From contig JANLIT010000002.1 of assembly GCA_024653945.1 (NCBI GenBank), positions 80,255 through 144,254 of the forward strand: 64,000 bases of DNA. Direction: 5' to 3'. Position 1 is the first letter of the stretch. Each line of letters starts with the position of its first letter. Below, piece after piece: positions 14,932 through 22,445 of this stretch. Made by a program: the position numbers and the translations under genes. Below the pieces are notes generated by a model. That model was not told the origin of the DNA. It did not search any database and saw only the letters and a program-made list of their open reading frames with translations. Source of the stretch: Candidatus Campbellbacteria bacterium. Lineage in GTDB: Bacteria; Patescibacteriota; Minisyncoccia; Phycocordibacterales; EsbW-18.

Positions 14932-15369
14932 ATGGCGAGAGCACAGAAGTCCAAGCTTTCCACGATGGGTTCCCTGATGAAGGCAATCAGGGAGGCACTC
15001 AACCGACAAGTCAGCGTCGCGGCGGTGGAGATCAACTACCGCCTCACCCTCACCGCCGACGAGGTCCGTTCGACCCCCTGGCTTGCGGGTCTCGGGACAC
15101 AGCCCCTGAACCCCGAAGAGATTGCTGGACAACACGAGCTCCACAAACTCATCGAGGGCATTCTCCACCAGGAGAAGTTCCTCTCCAAGAGGGAGAAAGA
15201 GGTCCTGAGGCTCTACTTCGGGTTTGGGTGCAAGGAACACTCAACCTTCAAAGAGGTGGGGAAAGTTCTAGGGATTAGCGCCAACTGCGCCTGCCAGCAC
15301 CTCCACAAGGCCGTTAAGAAGTTGCGCCGTTCCCCCAAAGGACGGCAACTCGAGGCCTTCCTCAAGTAG
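14932..15369 (+). CDS. Sigma-70 region 3/4-only protein (145 aa) lacking region 2
   Basis: LSKREKEVLRLYFGFGCKEHSTFKEVGKVLGISANCACQHLHKAVKKLRR is a sigma70 region-4 HTH. No region 2 (-10 recognition) is present in this or any neighbouring ORF. SD AAGGAGG. Confidence 0.55.
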   Translation: MARAQKSKLSTMGSLMKAIREALNRQVSVAAVEINYRLTLTADEVRSTPWLAGLGTQPLNPEEIAGQHELHKLIEGILHQEKFLSKREKEVLRLYFGFGCKEHSTFKEVGKVLGISANCACQHLHKAVKKLRRSPKGRQLEAFLK

Positions 15370-15386
15370 CAGTTCCTTCCACCGTT

Positions 15387-15430
15387 GCCCCGCCGACGCA
15401 CCTTGTGTGCGAGGCGGGGCTTCTTTTTTT
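15387..15430 (+). terminator. GC-hairpin terminator of the same family
   Basis: GCCCCGCCgacgcaccttgtgtgcgaGGCGGGGCttcttttttt. Confidence 0.65.
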
Positions 15431-15503
15431 ATACACCGCGCACACACGAACAACCTCATTATTTTGTATACTTAGACTTAGATTTGAACATTGAGGAGGT
15501 GTC

Positions 15504-15902
15504 ATGCGACGAATATTTTTTGCGGTGCTCATTCTTGCAATTGGTATAGGTGCCGTGTTCTCTGTTGCACATTATATGAATGCGTACGATGTGTTCCACA
15601 AGAGAATCACTGTACTTGAAAATCGTGTTTATGCTCTTGAACAAAAACAGCGATCAGAAACCCAAGCACAACAGGTTGTGTTTGGGTTGATGAAGGGTAG
15701 GAATATTTTTGAGTGCGCAACATTTTCAAAAAAAGTATTTGGTGGCAATGTGTTCCTCCGCTACGACGACGGACGCGCCTCAAGAGGAACACTTGAGTAC
15801 GATGAGCACTCCCCAAAACCAAAACCCGGAGACCGGGTCGCAGTAACACGCACATCAAAAGGAACGACGCTTGTGCTCGTATCTCCCGAGTTGTGTAAGT
15901 AA
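15504..15902 (+). CDS. Hypothetical N-terminally membrane-anchored protein (132 aa)
   Basis: SD GAGGAGG. N-terminal TM helix (IFFAVLILAIGIGAVFSVA), then coiled-coil and globular parts. Confidence 0.45.
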   Translation: MRRIFFAVLILAIGIGAVFSVAHYMNAYDVFHKRITVLENRVYALEQKQRSETQAQQVVFGLMKGRNIFECATFSKKVFGGNVFLRYDDGRASRGTLEYDEHSPKPKPGDRVAVTRTSKGTTLVLVSPELCK

Positions 15903-15905
15903 TTT

Positions 15906-15950
15906 GCCCCGCCAATGCACTTCGTGCTAGGCGGGGCTTTTTTATTTTTC
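15906..15950 (+). terminator. GC-hairpin terminator of the same family
   Basis: GCCCCGCCaatgcacttcgtgctagGCGGGGCttttttatttttc. Confidence 0.65.
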
Positions 15951-15951
15951 T

Positions 15952-15970
15952 ATCGAGGTTTAACCTCGAT
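15952..15970. repeat. Hairpin ATCGAGG-TTTAA-CCTCGAT, related to 16888-16914
   Basis: Both hairpins share ATCGAGG...CCTCGATATT and flank the gene at 16066-16791. Confidence 0.4.
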
Positions 15971-15974
15971 ATTG

Positions 15975-16002
15975 TTGACTTTTTTTAAAAAGGGTGTATT
16001 GT
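15975..16002 (+). promoter_or_regulatory. Candidate promoter TTGACT-16-TATTGT
   Basis: gTTGACTttttttaaaaagggtgTATTGTcc. Confidence 0.4.
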
Positions 16003-16065
16003 CCACACCAGATGCACCGACCACACGGTGTGTGTCGGTTTGATTTCAGGAAAGGAGCTGGTGTC

Positions 16066-16791
16066 ATGTGTGAGTTCGTCTCATGGATACAGCCAATGGT
16101 CGGAGATCCTGTGTTTCTCGTAGACCGCGACCTCAAAGACAAGGTTATTCGCAAGCGCGTCGAGGGGTCCCAAGGAAAGGACTTCATTGGTCATGGAGCC
16201 ATCCGAGCCGCATTCCCTGAACTAAGGGGTGGAAATCGGGAGGAGCAACGGATTTGGGAGTCCTGGCGATTCCCAGAGAAGATTCAGCCGTACCTCAAGA
16301 ATCCCGCCACCGTTTTGGCAACTTGGGGAAAAATGCTTATCCTAGGACTCGATGCAAGTGGTCTTGAATTCATTGTTGAGAACGCACCGCCCGCGTGGTG
16401 GAAACCCATCGTTGATTTCTTCGTCGCGAAGAAGGCGAAGGATTCTAAGTGGGCGTATAGCCTGCTCGACACCGTGCACAATCTCACGAGGAGACAGCGG
16501 CAGATACTCGTCGAGAGTGTGGCAAAAAATCCGCAGTTGGCAGACAGTGCGCTTTTCAATTTTTCTGGTCTCACAAAGAAACAGATACAGATACTTGTTG
16601 AAGGTGCTGCAAAAAACCCAGAGTGGGCATACAGCGCACTCCGCGATACCCCTGATCTCTCAAGGAAGCAGAAGCAGGTGCTCATCGAGGGCGTGGTAAA
16701 GGATCCGAGATTTGCGGACGATACGCTCGCTCTCCCGGGTTTCACAAAGAAACAGAGGCAGATACTCGAGTCTGCTATTCGCACCAAGTAG
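16066..16791 (+). CDS. Hypothetical protein with four C-terminal ~30-aa tandem repeats (K/RQxQ-I/V-L-V/I-E-x-x-AKNP...)
   Basis: SD AAGGAG. Repeats: TRRQRQILVESVAKNPQLADSALFNFSGL, TKKQIQILVEGAAKNPEWAYSALRDTPDL, SRKQKQVLIEGVVKDPRFADDTLALPGF, TKKQRQILESAIRTK. Confidence 0.5.
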   Translation: MCEFVSWIQPMVGDPVFLVDRDLKDKVIRKRVEGSQGKDFIGHGAIRAAFPELRGGNREEQRIWESWRFPEKIQPYLKNPATVLATWGKMLILGLDASGLEFIVENAPPAWWKPIVDFFVAKKAKDSKWAYSLLDTVHNLTRRQRQILVESVAKNPQLADSALFNFSGLTKKQIQILVEGAAKNPEWAYSALRDTPDLSRKQKQVLIEGVVKDPRFADDTLALPGFTKKQRQILESAIRTK

Positions 16792-16823
16792 TTTTTTGCT
16801 CTTTCCTGTCTCATATCGAATTC

Positions 16824-16859
16824 ACGGCGGAATCCTTTTTAGGGATTCCGCCGTTTTTC
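16824..16859 (+). terminator. Rho-independent terminator
   Basis: Stem CGGCGGAATCC/GGATTCCGCCG with loop TTTTTAG, then TTTTT. Confidence 0.6.
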
Positions 16860-16875
16860 ATTCCAAGTTTTACAA

Positions 16876-16914
16876 GGCAACGCCTCCTAATATCGAGGCG
16901 TTGCCTCGATATTA
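16876..16914. repeat. Overlapping alternative hairpins (GGCAACGCCTC...GAGGCGTTGCC versus TAATATCGAGG...CCTCGATATTA)
   Basis: The two inverted repeats share the GAGGCGTTGCC segment, so both folds cannot form at once. Confidence 0.4.
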
Positions 16915-16996
16915 GAAATTGACTTTCTTAAGTTTCAAGCGTACAGTCTCGTCAGAAAATGTAGCATGCAGTGGCCCTTGGCCTAAGGAGGTTGTG

Positions 16997-17308
16997 ATGA
17001 GAAAAGATGTGCAAAGAAACGTGTTTTTTGTAGGAAGTGCTCTTACGGTAGTTGCTATTGTGGGTATCCTTTGTTTCACTTTCGGACGCGAAACGTCCGA
17101 ACAACATCTCGCTCGAGAAACTGCCCAGGTTCAGGCGAAAAATCAAAATGTCGCCAATGATCTCCTTGGTAGCCTTCGGTACATGAAAGACCCGCGGACA
17201 GGAATTTGTTTTGCGTTCACACCGACCTTCTATCCCAACGAGTTTGCGTTTACGACCATTCCGTGTGAGGCAATTCCGCCAGAGCTTCTCATCACCCCAA
17301 CACAGTGA
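16997..17308 (+). CDS. Hypothetical N-terminally membrane-anchored protein (103 aa)
   Basis: SD AAGGAGG preceded by the TGGCCCTTGGCC hairpin motif shared with the 14932 gene. TM helix VFFVGSALTVVAIVGILCF. Confidence 0.45.
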   Translation: MRKDVQRNVFFVGSALTVVAIVGILCFTFGRETSEQHLARETAQVQAKNQNVANDLLGSLRYMKDPRTGICFAFTPTFYPNEFAFTTIPCEAIPPELLITPTQ

Positions 17309-17341
17309 GAAGCACCTCTGCTTTCAAAAGGAGAAACGAAA

Positions 17342-17551
17342 ATGGCACGAGGTAGACTAGTTCTGAAACAGAAGGTGAAGTCGTTCTTTGAACCATTGGG
17401 CCAAGGTCCGGCCCTCGTATATCGCCACCTTGACGAGATGGTGAATGCCCTTGGTGCGACCAAAATCATCTCGATCAAAGATGACGTGTATGAGTACCCC
17501 GACAGAAGCAGGGCCATCATCCGCGTCGTTGTGTACGAAACCAACAAGTAG
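17342..17551 (+). CDS. Small hypothetical protein (69 aa)
   Basis: SD AAAGGAGAAA. Terminator at 17574-17603. Confidence 0.4.
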   Translation: MARGRLVLKQKVKSFFEPLGQGPALVYRHLDEMVNALGATKIISIKDDVYEYPDRSRAIIRVVVYETNK

Positions 17552-17573
17552 CCGTTCGCCCCGCTCCGCAGGA

Positions 17574-17603
17574 AGCCCCACGCTTCTCTGTGGGGCTTTT
17601 TCT
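17574..17603 (+). terminator. Rho-independent terminator
   Basis: Stem AGCCCCAC/GTGGGGCT with loop GCTTCTCT, then TTTTTCTTT. Confidence 0.6.
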
Positions 17604-17646
17604 TTACAGGAGTTTCGCTCCTGTGCAGGAGCGAAACTCCTGTAAA
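17603..17646. repeat. 44-bp perfect palindrome H3 (TTTACAGGAGTTTCGCTCCTG TGC AGGAGCGAAACTCCTGTAAA)
   Basis: Shares the outer arms TTTRCAGGAGT...ACTCCTGYAAA with 31956-31999. The inner arms differ, and in each copy the two strands change together so the stem stays perfect. Confidence 0.6.
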
Positions 17647-17789
17647 TTGATTTTTGTGCTATATTCTCAGTATTACAAAGGGGTAATTGCTCGCCTTTAC
17701 ATATACGGGTTTGAACATCATTCCGGGGTCTGCAACCGAGGGGAGATGAAAGTCAGATCTGCAATGTGAAGACGAGCTCAGTTTAGAGT

Positions 17790-20042
17790 ATGAAAAGCAA
17801 AACATTTGAGGTGGCCTTTGGTAACAAGACCCTCTCCGCAGAGTTTAACGACCTCGCCATGCAGGCGAACGGTTCGGTGATTGTTCGCTATGGCAACACC
17901 GCCGTTCTTGCAACTGCAGTCATGGGTTCAAAGGAACGTGAAGGACTGGATTATTTTCCTCTCACCGTTGATTACGAAGAAAAGTTTTACGCTGCGGGAC
18001 AAATTCTTGGAGGCAAGTACATGCGCCGAGAAGGGAAGCCGTCGGATGAAGCAATTCTCTCTGGTCGCGCAGTGGACCGCACAGTGCGTCCGCTCTTTGA
18101 CCAGCGTTTGCGTATTGAGGTGCAAGTTGTCACGACCATTCTTTCAATTGGAGAAGACGACCCAGATGTTATTGCCATTCTTGCAGCATCTCTCGCACTC
18201 AGCGTGTCAGATATTCCATGGGCAGGACCAGTTGGTGCAGTTCGTCTTGGGCGAACACCAGACGGCGCGTGGATAATTAACCCAAACTACGAAGAACGCA
18301 AAACAAATGTGCTTGATTTGCTTGTATGTGGTGCACAACAAAAGGTGAACATGATTGAAACGGGTGCACACCAAGTTTCTGAAGACATTATTATTGAAGG
18401 ACTCACCAAAGCAGTTGAAGAAATTACAAAACTTGAAACATTCCAAAACAATATCATCAAAGAATTAGGAAAAGAGAAAAAAGTATTCACATTTCCAACA
18501 CTCACCGATGCTACTCTCGCACTTTTTGAAAAAGAAATCACACCACAACTTACAGATGCCGTGTTCTGTGGTATTTCTGGTGGAGAAAAAGTTGGTGAAC
18601 TACACCACGCATGGCATGAGCTCCTCAAAACAAGTGCACCCGAGGAAAGTCGTGAACTAGCAGACTTATATTTTGAAGAAAAAGTTGAAGCGGTGTTTGA
18701 CGTTGGAATTCTTTCAGGTAAACGACCTGATGGACGCGACTTTGATACAGTTCGAGAAATCTACACACAAGCAGGAGGCGTTGCGCCAATGCTTCACGGT
18801 GCGGGTGTCTTCTACCGAGGTGAAACACACGTGCTTGCAGCACTCACGCTCGGTGGTCCTGAAGCGGTACAAGAAATGGAAGGGATGGAGGTCAAAGGCA
18901 AAAAAAGCTTTATGTTACACTACAATTTTCCTCCGTACTCAACAGGTGAAACGGGGCGCATGGGTGGCACTAACCGCCGCATGATTGGTCACGGAGCACT
19001 CGCAGAAAAAGCACTCTCCGCCGTTATTCCTCCAAAAGAGCAATTCCCATACACCATTCGTATTGTGTCAGAAGTGATGTCATCAAACGGTTCATCATCA
19101 ATGGGTTCCGTGTGCGGAGGAACGCTTGCACTTCTTGATGCGGGTGTGCCTATTCTTGCCCCTGTTGCAGGTATTGCGATGGGAGTAGTTATTGAAGAAA
19201 TATCAAATGACAAATCACAAATAGCAAAGTATAAGGTGCTTACGGATATTCAAGGACCGGAAGATCACTACGGTGACATGGACTTCAAAGTTGCAGGAAC
19301 GCGCGACGGTGTGACCGCAATGCAAATGGATGTGAAAGTTGCTGGAGTTCCACTTTCTGTTTTTCCAGAAGCATTTGAAAAAGCAAAAAAAGCGCGTCTC
19401 TTCATTTTGGATAAAATTGCAGAGACATTACCAACACACCGTGCAGAAATGAATGTACACGCACCACGTATTCTCGTCACAAAGATTAAAAAAGAATTTA
19501 TTGGTGCAGTGATTGGTGGCGGAGGAAAAACAATCAACCAAATCCGTGAACTAACCGGAACAGAAATTACGATTGAAGAAGATGGAACGGTCTTCATCAC
19601 AGGAAATGTTGAAGGGGCAGAGAAAACAAAGAAAATTATTGAAGGGATTGCGCGTGAGTATCTTGTTGGAGAAAAGTTCGAGGGTGTTGTCACACGCATC
19701 GCAGACTTTGGTTTGTTTGTGCGCATGGGCGATGAAAGCCCATTATCTGGAATGAAGGACACTGAAGGACTCGTGCACATTTCTGAAATTGCACCGTTTC
19801 GTCTTGCATCAATGGACGGTGTTGCAAATGTTGGAGACAAAGTACCCGTCATCATCAAAGAACTTGGTGAAGAAGGAAAAATTAAACTCTCTATCAAAGA
19901 TGCTGATCCTGAATTTGCCGTACGCAAAGGTTTGAAAGAGGGAACTTCCGCTGGAGGAGATTTCCGTTCAGGTGGAGACCACCGACACAGTTCTGGAGGA
20001 TACCGAGGTGGTTCAAGCCACCACAGCGGGCCACGGAGATAG
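17790..20042 (+). CDS. pnp: Polyribonucleotide nucleotidyltransferase (PNPase)
   Basis: 750 aa with two RNase PH domains, KH (IGAVIGGGGKTINQIRE) and S1 (GEKFEGVVTRIADFGLFV) domains, and a Gly/Ser/His-rich C-terminal tail. Confidence 0.92.
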   Translation: MKSKTFEVAFGNKTLSAEFNDLAMQANGSVIVRYGNTAVLATAVMGSKEREGLDYFPLTVDYEEKFYAAGQILGGKYMRREGKPSDEAILSGRAVDRTVRPLFDQRLRIEVQVVTTILSIGEDDPDVIAILAASLALSVSDIPWAGPVGAVRLGRTPDGAWIINPNYEERKTNVLDLLVCGAQQKVNMIETGAHQVSEDIIIEGLTKAVEEITKLETFQNNIIKELGKEKKVFTFPTLTDATLALFEKEITPQLTDAVFCGISGGEKVGELHHAWHELLKTSAPEESRELADLYFEEKVEAVFDVGILSGKRPDGRDFDTVREIYTQAGGVAPMLHGAGVFYRGETHVLAALTLGGPEAVQEMEGMEVKGKKSFMLHYNFPPYSTGETGRMGGTNRRMIGHGALAEKALSAVIPPKEQFPYTIRIVSEVMSSNGSSSMGSVCGGTLALLDAGVPILAPVAGIAMGVVIEEISNDKSQIAKYKVLTDIQGPEDHYGDMDFKVAGTRDGVTAMQMDVKVAGVPLSVFPEAFEKAKKARLFILDKIAETLPTHRAEMNVHAPRILVTKIKKEFIGAVIGGGGKTINQIRELTGTEITIEEDGTVFITGNVEGAEKTKKIIEGIAREYLVGEKFEGVVTRIADFGLFVRMGDESPLSGMKDTEGLVHISEIAPFRLASMDGVANVGDKVPVIIKELGEEGKIKLSIKDADPEFAVRKGLKEGTSAGGDFRSGGDHRHSSGGYRGGSSHHSGPRR

Positions 20043-20141
20043 GCGAGAAGAAAATATCAAATAACAAATACCCAATTTGCACAAAAAACGGCTCAGGTGG
20101 GCTGTTTTTTGTGCTTCTTGTCTGCAAGATAACAGTAATAC

Positions 20142-20230
20142 TTGACAAATATTATTATTTATGTATAATGGAGTTTGGACATACCCAACCCGAGTATTCC
20201 ACTTGAGTTGGTTCGAGAACGGGGGGAAAA
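20142..20230 (+). promoter_or_regulatory. Promoter (TTGACA-16-TATAAT) plus conserved leader hairpin of small-membrane-protein cassette 1
   Basis: TTGACAaatattattatttatgTATAAT, then TACCCAACCCGAGtattccaCTTGAGTTGG, a 9/10-bp stem. It is homologous to 29099-29192. Confidence 0.55.
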
Positions 20231-20416
20231 ATGACATCTAGTAGAATTTTTGTCGTCGGTGGGGGACTGTTCTTCGTTATAGGTTGGGTAGCGAACCTCT
20301 TGATCGACAACGACACAAACCACCCCGCCTATGGTGTCGTGTTGGCTCTCCTGATTTTGGGGGGTACCTTCATTGTCGCGGGGGTGAGTTCGAGAACTTT
20401 TTGGGGTAAACAGTAA
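20231..20416 (+). CDS. Small membrane protein (61 aa), paralog of 29193-29381
   Basis: MTSSRIFVVGGGLFFVIGWVANLLIDNDTNHPAYGVVLALLILGGTFIVAGV aligns with MHLSRISFLIGFCLSGFAALETVAIFWYGNETAHYEWAITARLTVGMALMIFGIGV. Two TM helices. Confidence 0.5.
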   Translation: MTSSRIFVVGGGLFFVIGWVANLLIDNDTNHPAYGVVLALLILGGTFIVAGVSSRTFWGKQ

Positions 20417-20452
20417 ACGCAGACAGAAACAACCCCCAGCCGCCCAAGAAAG

Positions 20453-20490
20453 TCGCCCGTGCGTCTTTCACGGGCGGCTTTTCTTTTTCT
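20453..20490 (+). terminator. Rho-independent terminator
   Basis: Stem TCGCCCGTG/CACGGGCGG, then CTTTTCTTTTTCT. A second GC hairpin (GTAGCCCCGCCTCTT-ACAA-GAGGCGGGGCTAC) follows at 20498-20527. Confidence 0.6.
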
Positions 20491-20630
20491 CAAAACGTAG
20501 CCCCGCCTCTTACAAGAGGCGGGGCTACTTACCACTTATTTTTTATAGTTGTATAAAAAAGACCAAACTGGTATTGTCTCGGCAGAGTTGTTCGTTGACA
20601 GGGTAACACTACCCAGAAAGGGACTGGTTT

Positions 20631-22220
20631 ATGAACAATGGTGTCCGCAGATTCGTTTTGTTGGTTTTGGTGGCGTCGCTTTTTCTGATGCAACCCGCCG
20701 TTGCACAAGTGCCGACGGTAACGCCAACACTGACGTTCAACAATCCACTGATTCACCCGTTCGGCCAGCACGTGCTTCACCGAGACGGATGGGACCGCTA
20801 CTTGATGTATTTTTCTATCAACAGTGCGGTACGACACGGAAAGCCTGTTGGTGAAGACTTCACACCCGGCGATTCTGGCACGTACAATACTGCGTGTCAT
20901 ACGTGGTGGGCAGATCGCATTTGGCTCACGTGGAGCTTCGGCGACGGAAAAGACCCATCGGGTTGGAATCAGAATGATGGATACGGAAATACTCCGCCCA
21001 TTTTACTTCTCAACATCGGGGGTCAAGACATCGACGGTGATGGTGTCATGGAGTATGAGGGAGTCGGTGAGCAGGCACTCATCGGCGATCCGTATGTGGT
21101 CTACTGGAACAATCAGTGGCACATGTACTATGAAGGAACCTCAAACTGTGACACGAGCGACGGCATGCTCTTCCACGCAACGGCCGACCACTGGTTCGGT
21201 CCATGGATAAAGAGGGGTCCTGTGAATGGACTTCTCGGCTCTCATGCAAATAGTGGATTGGCGTGGGCAACTGTTTTGCTTGATGAGGGTAACCTCTATC
21301 TGTACTACACGGACGGCAACGTGAGTCTGCGCGCGGCCACGGCATCTGACACCACCGGCCAGAACTTTGTATCTCAAACGATTCCGGTCATTGGACAAAT
21401 GATGTCTCGTGGACATGTGGTAAAAGTGCCTGGAGGCTACAAACTCATCTACGATCTCTTTGTTGGTCTTCCGGTTGTTACTGAAATGCGGTCATCGTTC
21501 TCGATGAATCGATTTTCTTTCCCCGTTGGAGTGAAGATACTCTCCTCAAAGCCCGACTACTTCGGATTTTCCGACACAGGTATGGGGCTACCAACATACT
21601 TGAAAGTTGGAAACGAGGAGCGGGTATATTTCACTGGCCACACGTATTCAGAATCACAGTGGCCGGGTTGGGAGGTCTCGCAAATATGCGTTGCTGTTTT
21701 GGGAACGCAAATTGAGCGACTCTCAAACGGTGGTTTTGAAACAATCACAGCAAACACCAACACTGCTCCTGATGGCTCGTGGATGCGGTACCGATACACA
21801 GGTACCAACTCCAACGTCCTCGTGGCAAACTCTGGAGTTGCCCGTAGTGGAGCTGATAGTGTCCGCCTTGGTGTCAATAACTCGTCGTCGCAGACACTTG
21901 ATCACGTGGCGATAGTAATTCCTGCAAACGCGACGAGTGCGATTCTTAGTTTCTGGTTGTCGGTTGCAACGAGCGAAACTGGCACAACTGCCACGGACAC
22001 TCTCAGTGTGAAGATTGCAAACGCAACTGGCACAGGCACGCTGGGAACGGTGCTCACGTTCAGTAATCGGAGCAATCCAAACGAGGGGTACTTTTTGAAA
22101 GCAGTTGATGTAACGAGATTCCGTGGACAAACCGTCAGGGTTCGATTTATCGGAGCAAACAACTCGACGAGACCTACAGAATTTCGAATTGACGACGTGA
22201 GTCTTACATCAGATGAATAG
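20631..22220 (+). CDS. Secreted protein with a beta-propeller glycoside-hydrolase-like core and a C-terminal beta-sandwich (CBM-like) domain
   Basis: Signal peptide RRFVLLVLVASLFLMQPAVAQ. DPYVVYWNNQWHMYYEG is GH43/GH32-like. The C-terminal LSNGGFE...RVRFIGAN...FRIDDVSL looks like a carbohydrate-binding-type module. Assignment is tentative. Confidence 0.5.
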   Translation: MNNGVRRFVLLVLVASLFLMQPAVAQVPTVTPTLTFNNPLIHPFGQHVLHRDGWDRYLMYFSINSAVRHGKPVGEDFTPGDSGTYNTACHTWWADRIWLTWSFGDGKDPSGWNQNDGYGNTPPILLLNIGGQDIDGDGVMEYEGVGEQALIGDPYVVYWNNQWHMYYEGTSNCDTSDGMLFHATADHWFGPWIKRGPVNGLLGSHANSGLAWATVLLDEGNLYLYYTDGNVSLRAATASDTTGQNFVSQTIPVIGQMMSRGHVVKVPGGYKLIYDLFVGLPVVTEMRSSFSMNRFSFPVGVKILSSKPDYFGFSDTGMGLPTYLKVGNEERVYFTGHTYSESQWPGWEVSQICVAVLGTQIERLSNGGFETITANTNTAPDGSWMRYRYTGTNSNVLVANSGVARSGADSVRLGVNNSSSQTLDHVAIVIPANATSAILSFWLSVATSETGTTATDTLSVKIANATGTGTLGTVLTFSNRSNPNEGYFLKAVDVTRFRGQTVRVRFIGANNSTRPTEFRIDDVSLTSDE

Positions 22221-22232
22221 TCACAGCACAGT

Positions 22233-22268
22233 GCCGAGCGATACCCTTTGGGTTCGCTCGGCTTTTTT
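22233..22268 (+). terminator. Rho-independent terminator
   Basis: Stem CCGAGCGATACCC/GGGTTCGCTCGG, then CTTTTTT. A GC hairpin CCCGCCTCTT-GT-AAGAGGCGGG follows at 22286-22307. Confidence 0.6.
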
Positions 22269-22321
22269 ATTTCCCAAAACGAAGTCCCGCCTCTTGTAAG
22301 AGGCGGGGCGTTTCTATTTTC

Positions 22322-22367
22322 TTTTCCCGACGTTTCGGTCGGGACCCCGACCGTAGCGTCGGGGCTA
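22322..22367. repeat. Two-hairpin 46-bp repeat, copy B
   Basis: CCCGACGTTTCGGTCGGG plus ACCCCGACCGTAGCGTCGGGG, followed by CTACTTACTAC. Confidence 0.65.
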
Positions 22368-22445
22368 CTTACTACATTCTACTTATTATTTTCTTATTCT
22401 TTTTTGAGTTTTGGATTTCACATTTTAGTTTTATACTATTCATAT

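Noticed and set aside
22248-22445. Upstream extension of the 22446 gene (ORF-track start 22248)
   Set aside because: The extension translates terminator hairpins and the two-hairpin repeat. The first ATG with a hydrophilic N-terminus is at 22446.
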